In this document: in pieces, positions 46,876-58,124 of the stretch | How positions within the stretch are numbered: the first letter of the stretch is position 1 | Layout: each line of letters starts with the position of its first letter | Origin: Balanoglossus misakiensis | Taxonomy: Eukaryota; Animalia; Hemichordata | DNA length: 64,000 bases | Direction: 5' to 3' | Assembly (NCBI GenBank): GCA_040954595.2 | Contig: CM082588.2 | Location: 9,532,844 to 9,596,843, forward strand | The notes under the pieces: model-generated | The model's input: only the letters and a program-made list of their open reading frames with translations | What the model was told of the DNA's origin: nothing | The model's database searches: none | Translations under genes and position numbers: made by a program

Positions 46876-48119
46876 TTAAAATTAAAACAACATTACCATA
46901 TTACACCACAATGTGCACCGTAATTGGTGTCTGTTCCAAACACCAAATCCATTACTGCGATACTTCTATCTATACTCGAACCGTCTGAGTGAACAAAGTG
47001 ACCATTAGTCTCTCTATCATTGGCGTCGATCCAAACGAATTCTGTAAACCATTGCAAAGAGGAAAAGCATGTTGAACGTTGAGTAATACATGTAGATTTG
47101 TTTACTTTAAAAGTCATGTTGATTATTACAACAATTATACTTCTGAGTGAGAAGACATCGTTCGTATGAACAAGCAGTAATGACAAAGTTGGGTACTCTA
47201 TTACTCTTTACCGGAATGTGGTAGGACATCACCTCGCCAAACCAATAACGCTATAAAGCTGACAACTATATTCATGGTCTCTTGGTCGTAAAACCTCAAC
47301 AGATGCCCACTGTCCTGCTCACATGCTCTTTTTGCTTCCAGCCACGTTGTTTCATAGTTGGAAAGTTTCAACTCATTTTCGATCAGGGATATAAGCTCTT
47401 GGGCTGAAACACATGGCATTTACAAACATGATTAAGATCTTGTGTTGGCAGTACAGTTCTAAATCTGAACTAGAATGTGCACGTTAATTTAAAAACGTGT
47501 ATTGTCTACATTAACTTCGAGTATTTATAGTGTTGGCAACTGATGGTACATAGATTGAACGTATATTCTGACATTTAATAACAGAATTCAAAACTGTTAT
47601 GATTTGTGATCATTGTCACTTTCCTCGAAATGACATGTCTATGGCAAGATAATGAAGTTGTTAAACACTGCTACTCTTATACTGAGATTACCATCAGGAA
47701 TACATTAAAGTGGAAAACATGAAAATTGTCTACAATACCGTTCACTGTCACCTCGGTATGTGAGAAAATTACCACGGATACAATACTAAAGTAGCACAGC
47801 CATCGATGTAGTTGTCCCATTGTTGAGCGAATATAGTGACGTGTGTGACGTGGTATATCCACGCCTTTAAAACCGCTTCTCTCATGTGCGCACAAGATTA
47901 TTCCATCATACAATAGGCGTCATGTTTTTTCGATCGACTTTATGTACAATTGCCTCTAGAGTACTACATGTGTTGAATTTAACCCTTTCAAGCCCAGAAC
48001 CCTCTATAGATGTCCAACCTTCCCATGGAAAACAACTGGTTTGGACTGGACTATAGTGGTGAAAGGGGTAAAAGAATAATCAACCTCTAATTTAAATAAT
48101 CCCATATATGGTAAACAAC

Positions 48120-48460
48120 GTGTGTCTAAGTCTTTTATTGATGTTTTTATTAGATATATTTTGGAAGAAGCATGCTTGTTTAATCGTCGGAAACCAAGAA
48201 TGTAGTACTGAATTTAAAGGAATACAATACTTCTAATTTGTATATTCCCATATATAGACAAAGGGGTGTGTCCAAGTCTTTTATTGATGTTGTTATTAGA
48301 TATATTTTGGAAGAAGCATGCTTGTTTAATCGTCGGAAACCAAGAATGTAGTACTGAATTTAAAGGAATACAATACTTCTAATTTGTATATTCCCATATA
48401 TAGACAAAGGGGTGTGTCCAAGTCTTTTATTGATGTTGGCATTAGATATATCTTGGGAGA
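48120..48460. repeat. 146-bp tandem repeat (~2.3 copies) upstream of the lectin gene
   Basis: GTGTGTC[CT]AAGTCTTTTATTGATGTT recurs at ~48120, 48266 and 48412. Confidence 0.85.
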
Positions 48461-48814
48461 CGTGTAAACTGCGGAAATGTCGAGCAAATCTCGTGACAAT
48501 TGCAAGGGAGTGGATGGTTGTTAGTGAAGATACCAAACGCGAATGTGAGTTGTTCTGTGCACGCACCAGATGGCTGATAGAATTCGCGTGCCGCACATAA
48601 GAATAAAGCATCGAGTTTCGTAGCATGTTTACGCCATCAGCACATTGTATCGAATTCAGGTACGATGTAACGTTATCCTATACCACAATATCCCACCTAA
48701 GGCATACATGCAAAATTACTTCTGCTGCGGCGAGAGGTCTCAGAGAGGGAAAGTCTCACTATACAATCCCACGACAGTCAAAAGATAAAACTAAAAAAAT
48801 TCGGTCTAAGTTTG

Positions 48815-49018
48815 ATATCATTGTGTTGTACACTTTCTGTTCATTTTGTTTAAATGGGAGAGTTCCCGGAGACGAGGATGGTAACTGTACTTGTATAGCA
48901 AACAGAGGTAGAAGTACAGTGAATTATTGTTGTATTTCAACAAGATTGTTTCTGTATATCACTCGGTTTGAAATCCCTACAGTGTTTGGATCTGACCATT
49001 TTCCGTTGATATGTAATC
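48815..49018 (+). mobile_element. LINE APE-endonuclease fragment
   Basis: LNGRVPGDEDGNCTCIANRGRSTVNYCCIS…SDHFPL is the C-terminal half of the EN domain. Confidence 0.65.
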
Positions 49019-49022
49019 TTAA

Positions 49023-49295
49023 AGGGACAAAGTCCTCTCTCTTGCTGCCCTTTTCCATCAATTATGTTTGATACAAGATACCGTTTATGTTAATGTACAT
49101 GTGAATATGTAGTGAATGGACGTTCAATCACACACAACTTCCATCCTGCTTGTATTATAAGAGAGTAGAACCTCACCCAACATGAATTGATGGTAGAGAC
49201 CAATTATTTATATTGGCGTGATTTTTCACTCTCGTATCTACAAGTGGGATGGAAGTTGTCTGTGGTTGAGCGTTCATTCACTACATATACACATG
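49023..49295. mobile_element. Partial copy of AGGGACAAAGTC MITE
   Basis: TTAA|AGGGACAAAGTCCTCTCTCTTGCTGCCCTTTTCCAT…. Confidence 0.75.
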
Positions 49296-49338
49296 TACTT
49301 GGAGATAAATATTCTTAGCCTTATAGTTCAACCACACA

Positions 49339-50644
49339 AAAAAGTATTTTTGTGATAAATTGCAACTGTCTGTAGCCACTGGGAAGGACCACAAAAAATG
49401 GCAAGTCATCAATGAAATCTTGAACAAAAATTCAAAGGTTAATGCTCCACAAAAAATAAAAGATGACAAACACCCCGGGAATTTTGTTACTAAAAATATT
49501 GATATAGCTGACGCCTTTAATTCTTTTTTTTTGTCAACATTGGACAAAATCTAGCATCACAAATACATTGTAGCGCTATCTAGCATCACAAATACATTGT
49601 AGCGCTAATTTCAATGATTGCCTTGGTATTCGTCATTTTCATTCTTTCTTTTTCCATCCTGTGCATTCTGGTGATATACTCAGAGAAATTAATGTATTAG
49701 ATCATTGTAAAGCTGCTGGTTTTGATGATATTTATCCAAAACTTGTAAAGGAATCAGCTGATTATATTACAGAACCATTTGCTCATATTGTTAATATTTC
49801 CTTGTCACAGGGTATTTTTCCAGAGAAACTGAAAATGGCAAGAGTAACACCAATTTTTAAAAAGGGTTGTGTTCATGATATAGGAAATTACAAACCTATC
49901 TCTGTCTTGCCAATCTTTAGTAAGCTGTACGAGTCTATTGTAAATAAGCAACTGTGTTCTTTTTTTGAAAAATTTGATATTCCCACTAACAGCCAATATG
50001 GATTTCGTAAGAAATTTAGTACCAAGTTAGCTTAAGCAGATCTCACATCTGAAAAAGCACATTGATAACGGTATCTTCATTGATTTTTAAAAGGCATTTG
50101 ATACGATTAACCACACAATTTTGTTAGCTAAGCTATGCCACTATGGGATTAGGGGATCCACACTTAATTGGTTTAAGACTTATATAGAAGACCGACAACA
50201 GTATGTCAAGGTCAATAATTATACTTCAAAAGTGAAAAGGATCTCCTGTGGGATTCCACAGGGATCAATTCTAGGTCCACTTCTTTTTCTAGTATATATA
50301 AATGATATCTGCAGGTCCTCAGACTATTTTCAATTCAGGTTATTTGAAGATGATACCAATTTATTTTGTTCAGATAAGCAGGACAAAATCGATCTTGCCA
50401 CTCTGAATGTTTAGCTAACTAAAGTACAGACCTGGTGTAAGTCAAATAAACTTACTATTAATATTGACAAAACAAACTATGTTATTTTCAAAACAGCCCA
50501 GGCAAAATTTAATCCTGAGGGGGATTTATATGTCTCTGATTTACCAATACAAAATGTTTCATCTGCTGTTTATCTTGGAGTTACTCTTGACTCATCATTA
50601 TCCTGGAAGTCTCACATCAACATTATTTTTAGGAAGGTTAGCCA
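49339..50644 (+). mobile_element. Degraded internal fragment of the CR1/L2-group LINE (copy 3)
   Basis: Highly similar to 54425-55722, but with stops, small deletions, a 29-bp duplication and FEDD in place of FADD. Confidence 0.9.
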
Positions 50645-52476
50645 TGATCATACATGCGTTTTTCTTTAAAAATGTCCCTAACAGTAATTTTCATCCTGAC
50701 TTTCATTCTGACATAACAGTTATATGTTGAGATGACTGTCCATGATACGATGCAGGATGCAAAAATATCACACTGAAGTCATTTACATATGACAATTACC
50801 TGGAAATAAATATTCTAAGCTTAATAGTTCAACCTCACTTGCGTTATTTGTTTCATTTTTTCTCAAATTGGTTTAAATAAATGCATTAACGGGCATTTAT
50901 TTGAATCTGGTTATTCTCTCAGAATTTTTGTTTTGTGTTTCAACCACATCACACATTTTCTTGTTCTCCTGCCTGGAATTTATCCCAAAATGTCTATGAG
51001 TCAACAAGTCATGTTTACGTGTGTAGACCATTCTTACTATTAAGAAATGCATTCAAGTCCGGGCTTGAATGCATTTTTTGTCAACAAAAACACATGCTGG
51101 TAGAGTTGAGAAGACAAATACTAATCCTGATATAGGGAGCCGAACAAGAAACCACGGTTTACACACAGAACAATAAAACTGACAAAATAGTCACAAGTTA
51201 CAGATAGTTGTGCCAGTTTTATTATAGAGATTAATGACGGAAAATGCACTTTTGTCGAATAGAGTGTCTGTTTCATAGCCATCGACTTATGACAGTTACA
51301 AGGCCAACAAAGATGTTTTCCAGTTGCATGGAGAAGCTTCGATAAAGATTTAATAAACTAGCATCTCTGAAATCATGTACGCCTATTTTGGGACCTCTCT
51401 GTTAGCATATAGCGCAACTGCACATTAATTGACAGAGAAATATCCATGTGTGCACATATCGTGCACTTACTGTGTTGCGATAGGCTCTGGCTACCTGAGC
51501 CTTGAAATGCATCGTCGCCCGGGCCGGTTGCGTGTTATACTCGAAATAACCATTTGCTAATTTCTAACAGCAATTACTTTTCTTGTAGATGTTCACTTAG
51601 TAAATACAGTTTAATTTTTCGTGTAATACATATACATTATTCTCTATTTCGGTATGTGGTGTTTAACAGTAAGATGATAAGATTTCTTGGGCGATGGCTA
51701 AAGTATCTTCGTCCTGTTCTTTCTTCCATTGACATTACAAATAACTTGCTGCAAGTTTATACATATGATATCCATAAGTCATGTGTCAAAATATTCTTTC
51801 CCACTTTACATGTGCACAAGTTTTCACTGTGTGAAATGTTCCGTATCCATCGAGTTACAGCAGAATCCATTTTGATGGATTCTTACAATATACAATGGAA
51901 TCCACAGAGAATCCTTCGATATCCTCTACATGGTATCCAGCATAAGAATATACAATGGATTCTCACAGTATCCACAAATCTTTGGTATTTGAGAATACAT
52001 TTCAGAATCCTTTGTGGATACCGCTGGATACTGTTACCACAATGCATTGCGGTATTACTGTCTAACAGTAAGAGCGAGAATCCATCATTCAAACCATTGG
52101 ATTCTGTTGCCGTTATGCATTTTGGGTTTCAAAGGCGAAGTTGAGCATAGCAACATGGAAGGGTCACCAACAAAATTTTAAAAATCTTAAAAGTTTGAAA
52201 CATTGTATTTTTCACATAACTGACTAATTACGCGGGCTTCATGCTAATGGTTGCGATGTCTAAGCTAAAGTGGACGTTCAGCACTAATATGCAATTTGAA
52301 CTGAGATTAAGCCATGATTTCTCTCTAAGTAGTAATTGATTTAAACATTTAAATTCTCTGTGCTCTTGGTTCAGTCCTGGACTCTACCGCTTTGGTGTGT
52401 TACAACGCATATTGTTTAATTTTGTATGCTTGGTCGAGAAATGCACAATAGCTTGGTTAAATTGAGAGGTTCGTAG

Positions 52477-52959
52477 GTGTATCTTGAAATAAGAGGCATA
52501 CCAGAATTGCCAAATGAAAATACTGATACAGTAGCCCTGAAAGTCATCCAACTCATAGAAAAAGACATAACCAGTTCAGATATTGACGTGTCACATCGAA
52601 TCAAGAAACGTCAAGCACTCGGCAATGAACACATTGACCACGGTACCAATACCCGGTTTCCTGCCACAATCATTGTGCGTTTCACCAGAAGAAAAATTCG
52701 TGACGCGGTCTACAAGCAACGCAAAAATATGTCTCGCTTCAAAACATCGGACATTGGCTACCAAGTAGAAAACAAGATATACATCAACGAAAATCTGACA
52801 CCAGGACGAAGATCTTTATTCACAAAGGTAAATGCCAGAAGAAAAGAATATGGATGGAAATACTTGTGGACGCAATACGGAAATATCCTGACAAAGAAAG
52901 TCGACGGGTCACCAACTGTCTACATTCCGAATGAGGAAAGTCTCGCCAAAATCTGCTAG
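52477..52959 (+). pseudogene. LINE ORF1 C-terminal (RRM/CTD-like) fragment
   Basis: LEIRGIPE..NENTD…IDVSHR…IIVRF…IYINENLT…WKYLWT..G.I is typical of ORF1 in CR1/L2-group elements. It has no ATG start. Confidence 0.75.
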
Positions 52960-53026
52960 GCGTCCTTTAACTACTACATCATAGTGTACAAGCAAACTCA
53001 TCATCAGCGAAACCACAGACCACTTC

Positions 53027-56000
53027 TTGCAAAGTAACTATAATTGTAAGTCTTATACTTTGGACGAATTTAATGCAAACGATTCCCTTCTGACTCTGCA
53101 GTCATTTTCAACTCTTCATTTGAATATTAGATCGATCAGACGTCACTTTGATGACTTGTCAGTTGTTCTGTCGCTATTGAAATGCAAATTTTCTGTCATT
53201 GCCCTCAGTGAAACATGGCTAGACCCAGGTGTTGATGCATCATTATATAACCTCCCTTCATACAACTTTGTTCATAAATGTAGAGCTGTTTCCAGAGGAG
53301 GAGGTCTCTATTTACACGAGTCGTTATCATACTCTATAATAGACTCAGTTGTTCTCCAACATTGCGAATGTCGTTTTGTTGAAATCCTACTTGAAAAAAG
53401 CAAGGTCATCATAGGTGTCATATATCGCAGACCAAATACACCTACTCAGGAATTTTTAACCAGTTTATCAGATTGTCTTGATAATCTACGCATTACCAAC
53501 AAAAAATGCGTTTTACTAGGGGATTTCAATATAAATATAGATGGCGATAACACTGTCTTTAATGAATATATCGCTACTCTTAGTGGTAATAATTTTTATC
53601 AAATCATGGATGTACCGACCAGAATAACTACTCACACCTCCACATTAATAGATCATTGTCATGTAAATTTTCGTGACCAGTTCATTGAAAGTGAGACAGT
53701 ATACACATGATGACTGACAATGAGGGCAACAGTGTATTTTGATGACCGAGGGTGCTGCTAGTCACAACTAAAACAGTCTTGTTTTCCCGAGGGCATAGCC
53801 CGAGGGAAACAGACTGTTTTGGTGTGACTGGCAGTCCCGAGGTCATTAAAAATACACTGTTGCCCGAATATGTCAGTCATCATGTGTTTTATAACACACC
53901 AAACCGATCGAACTGATGCCCTAGGCAACAGTTCGAAATGACTAATGTCACGTGACGTCGTATTGACGAATCACGATCGAGGGTTCGCTGCATGGTGTGT
54001 TATAATACAGACTGATATAAGTGACCATTATCCCATCTTTGCCATCTTTAAGGATTTACGCCATGTATTCAATGTTGAAACAACTGATTTCAAGTGTGAT
54101 TTTTCTTCATTTGATCCAGTTTCTTATAAAAATGACTTTGCAAATATTTCTTGGCAGGATGTTTACGACTCTAATGATCCGAATGTTGCCTATAATACCT
54201 TTTACAAATTGTTTCATGATATGGCAACAAGACACGTGCCAGTCAAACGGTGTTCAAACCAGCGTAAGCGCTTACGGAAACCATGGATCACAAAAGGACT
54301 TCTGGTCTCAATTAAAAACAAGCATAAGATGTTCTCCAAAACAAAACGCCATTCTGCAAGCTCATCTATTCATCAAGAGTACAAACTTTATCGCAACCTG
54401 TTAACAAAGCTGATGCGACGAGCAAAAAAGAAGTATTTTTGTGATAAATTGCAACTGTCTGTAGCCTCTGGGAAGGACCACAAAAAATGGCAAGTCATCA
54501 ATGAAATCCTGAACAAAAATTCAAAGGTTAATGCTCCACAAAAAATAAAAGATGACAAAAACCCTGGGAATTTTGTTACTAAAAATATTGATATAGCTGA
54601 CGCTTTTAATTCTTTTTTTGTCAACATTGGACAAAATCTAGCATCACAAATACATTGTAGCACTAATTTCAATGATTACCTTGGTATTCGTCATTTTAAT
54701 TCGTTCTTTTTCCATCCTGTGCATTCTGGTGATATACTCAGAGAAATTAATTTATTAGACCATTGTAAAGCTGCTGGTTTTGATGAAATATATCCAAAAC
54801 TTGTAAAGGAAGCAGCTGATTATATTACAGAACCATTTGCTCATATTGTTAATATTTCCTTGTCACAGGGTATTTTTCCAGAGAAACTGAAAATGGCAAG
54901 AGTAACACCAATTTTTAAAAAGGGTTGTGTTCATGAAATAGGAAATTACAGACCTATCTCTGTCTTGCCAATCTTTAGTAAGCTGTATGAGTCTATTGTA
55001 AATAAGCAACTGTGTTCTTTTTTCGAAAAATTTGATATTCTCACTAACAGCCAATATGGATTTCGTAAGAAATATAGTACTAAGTTAGCTTTAGCAGATC
55101 TCACAACTGAAATATCAAAGCACATTGATAACGGTCTTGTTACCTTTGGTATCTTTATTGATTTTAAAAAGGCATTTGATACGATTAACCACACAATTTT
55201 GTTAGCTAAGCTATGCCACTATGGGATTAGGGGATCCACACTTAATTGGTTTAAGACTTATATAGAAGACCGGCAGCAGTATGTCAAGGTCAATAATTGT
55301 ACTTCAAAAGCGAAAAGGATCTCCTGTGGGATTCCACAGGGATCAATTCTAGGTCCGCTTCTTTTTTTAGTATATATAAATGATATCTGCAGTTCCACAG
55401 ACTATTTTCAATTCAGGTTATTTGCTGACGATACCAATTTATTTTGTTCAGATAAGCAGGACAAAATCGATCTTGCCACTCTGAATGTTGAGCTAACTAA
55501 AGTACAGACCTGGTGTAAGTCAAATAAACTTACTATTAATATTGACAAAACAAACTATGTTATTTTCAAAACAGCCCAGGCGAAGTTTAAGCCTGAGGGA
55601 GATTTATATGTCTCTGATTTACCAATACATAATGTTTCATCTGCTGTTTATCTTGGAGTTACTCTTGACTCATCATTATCCTGGAAGTCTCACATCAACA
55701 TTATTTTTAAGAAGGTTAGCCAAAAAATCGGTATTATTTCATATGTACGCCATTATCTCCCTAAGTCTATAATTTTATTATTATACAATTGTCTTATCCT
55801 TCCCCATATAATGTATTGTAGCGAAATATGGGGAAATGCGTATAAAACCTATTTAGATTGTATTTTCAAATTGCAAAAGAGACTTGTAAGACTTATAACA
55901 TTTTCTAGCCCCAATACACATAGTGCACCACTTTTTCAGCAACTTGGAATTCTTAATGTTTACAAACTCTGTAAATTTCAAACTTGTGTTTTTGCGTATG

Positions 56001-56248
56001 ATCTAAAGGCAGGGCATTACGCCCACTCACTAGATCGCTATGCTTCATTTGTATCACACAAATATTTTACAAGATTTGCCTCTACTGATAAGTTTACGCT
56101 TCCCAAAGTAAAACTTACTTCATCTCAAAATAATTTATACTATTCTATTGCCAAGCATTGGAATGAAATTCCTACACAAATAAAATCAATTCAATCAAGG
56201 AATTTATTTAAAAGCTCTCTGAAAATGTATCTGTTGAGCATAGATTAA
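53027..56248 (+). CDS. LINE ORF2 endonuclease-reverse transcriptase, split by a 304-bp insertion
   Basis: EN: HLNIRS, LSETWL, YRRPN, LGDFN, TLIDH | SDHYP. RT: KAAGFD, NYRPISVLP, DFKKAFDT, GIPQGSILGP, FADD, YLG. Both halves are open. Confidence 0.88.
53702..54005. mobile_element. 304-bp foldback element (Crypton-derived-like MITE) with TA duplication
   Basis: Long hairpin ACACATGATGACTGACA…CCCGAGGGCATAGCCCGAGGG…TGTCAGTCATCATGTGT, plus a second inverted pair TTATAACACACCA…TGGTGTGTTATAA. Removing it together with one TA restores the LINE frame (ETV|QTDISDH). The Crypton assignment is inference. Confidence 0.7.
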
Positions 56249-56855
56249 TTTAACCTCTTTTATAAACCTGTTTACTTTGTCACCGCGTTGTTTGACTACC
56301 AACTATTGTTTTGTGATATGAATTGGCAATTATATTAATTGTTTCAATGATTTGTATGTATTTAGGGCCAGGGACACGACTAGTTCCACTAGAACTACTT
56401 CCCTGGTCCGCACCAGTTATGTAAAATGCATCTTTCTGGTGAAATAAACTATCTATCATCATCATCATCTGTGGCACAACGCATCAAGTCGCACCAGCTC
56501 AGGACAGCCGTTCAATTATCCAATGCTTGCCAGGAGTTATAACAAGGTAATATATGTAACATTTTTTCCTGCTAAAGTATGCTCTAGCCTCAACTGGTTG
56601 AATGCTTGTGTGGTAAAACAACCGTCTCATCAGAAAAACAAAACAACTTTGAGGAATTTTCTGTTCTCTAGAACTTATCAGATTTACTTTACCAATGTAA
56701 TACTGTGATCATAGAATTCTCGACCAGTTGTATCCGCCTGTCAAAAATGTATTGAAATGCATGAAGTGACTAGAGCCATGGAACATGAGACCTCCATCAG
56801 AACAAAAGTCAATTCCACATAAATGTAGTTCCAGGTGTAAAAGGCATGTCCAGTT

Positions 56856-56922
56856 GAAGGTGCTAAAAGGCATGTCCAGTTGGAGGTGCTAAAAGGCATG
56901 ACCAGTTGGAGGTGCTAAAGCA
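56856..56922. repeat. ~24-bp minisatellite, ~3 copies
   Basis: TAAAAGGCATG[TA]CCAGTTG[AG]AGGTGC is repeated. Confidence 0.75.
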
Positions 56923-58124
56923 TTGCATAATAACAAAAGGTAATCATTATGTATGTTTATTTGTTTCCCCAAGGGAATGAGTCATCTGGAAGGAGTACAA
57001 ACTCAAGCACAGAAGTTCATCCAAAGTCAGGAATTTATTATTGAAGCATTCAACTGTGAAAGTTCAAAAGCAGACAGGCGTTTGCCATCACCACAATTAC
57101 AACTCAGAAACAATGGCCCCAGCCCGGAATACATTATGAATCAAGGAACCTAGTGTAACACGAACATAATTGCAAACACAAACATATACATTTCTAAATA
57201 AAAAAGATAAAACATGAATTAAAATTACTACATCCCAAATAGGTCCCATTGTACTCCTAATCGAAATAAAACAGTAAATGGAATAAAAGTTCTGAATTTA
57301 CACATTCCGTGTCCAATGCAAAAGAGCATGACTAGAGCACGCTTGAACAAAATTCCGATCGTATATCTCAATTATTATAGTGGCTTTCTTTCTAAAACTA
57401 AAGGCAGCAAATATCGGTGATATTTAATGCCATTTTCTAGCTGCAAGGTCACATGGGAAATTTTGAGGGAATGGGCGTAACTCCACGATTATTACTCTCA
57501 TGCAGAATCCATCAAAATCAAGCAAAGGATTTCTCTGGGAACTGTTACAGAGAATCCACTGAAATACTGTAAAGGATTCTATTGTGGATTCTGAAAGTGT
57601 TCCGTATTTGACAGAATCCACTATTGGATTATATGTGGATTCTCTGAGTATCCACGATGGATATCTCAGGATTCTACTGGATTCTGTAAGAATCCACGAA
57701 AGAATCCACAACAATCCTTGGTGGATTCAGGCTATTTCACACAGTGTTTGATGGTGTATTTAATATTAAGGCCCATTGAGGTGAATTTTGCACAGCAGTC
57801 TCCAGTCCAAAATACATAAATACATAAATGAACCTCTTATAACAGTTGTCGTCATTTCCAGAACAGTGTTGCTTTTGATGTGAAATGTCAGTTGTTACAA
57901 TTAAAAGTTCTCATTGAACATTGTGTTGGAATAAGTTGAGATAGGAATAAGCTTAACATAACACTGCTCTTAGTCAAAAATCGTCACCTTCCTAGCATGC
58001 AACATTGTGTCGCCTACCTTGTCAAGTGATTTGAAGGTAAGACCACAATCAGATAAAAATGCAGAAATTTGATAAAATAAAATGACCACAAGTTTGACAA
58101 ATTTCATTACACTATCACGTTTTT

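Larger units (their letters stand above)
42821..47820 (-). pseudogene. Type-I membrane C-type-lectin / mucin-stalk gene (6 exons), probably inactivated
   Basis: Exons: 47820-47739 (signal peptide MGQLHRWLCYFSIVSVVIFS), 47403-47212 (TWLEAKRACEQDSGHLL), 47041-46897 (FVWIDANDRETNGHFVHSDGS…HCGVI), 44679-44618 (LDDCLLYRRFVCRY), 43974-43472 (S/T/D/E-rich stalk) and 42987-42821 (TM FMVLVLGFFAAYLAVHIVLILGI plus a short tail). Introns are GT-AG and phase-compatible. Lesions are a TG|A stop at the exon 3/4 junction and a 50-bp insertion in exon 5. Confidence 0.7.
52477..56470 (+). mobile_element. Near full-length CR1/L2-group LINE (copy 1), 5'-truncated in ORF1
   Basis: ORF1 C-terminal part, ORF2 EN+RT, and a 3' UTR ending AATAAA-CTATCT(ATC)n. 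Confidence 0.92.
51825..57746. mobile_element. CACTA/EnSpm-like DNA transposon (non-autonomous) hosting a LINE
   Basis: 13-bp TIR CACTGTGTGAAAT…ATTTCACACAGTG with TTT on both flanks. Dense GAATCC/GGATTC subterminal repeats at 51840-52110 and 57500-57730. Confidence 0.75.

Noticed and set aside
44679-46897. Junction TGA in the lectin gene read as selenocysteine
   Set aside because: The position is not a conserved CTLD cysteine and I could not identify a SECIS. A TGG>TGA lesion or missed splice variant is simpler.
51554-52144. 196-aa ORF
   Set aside because: It has no ATG-supported start or domain, and its 3' half is the GAATCC/GGATTC subterminal repeat region of the CACTA-like element.
53945-54007. 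Apparent ATG start of the 767-aa RT ORF
   Set aside because: The first ~20 codons come from the inserted foldback element. The true frame continues from the upstream endonuclease half.
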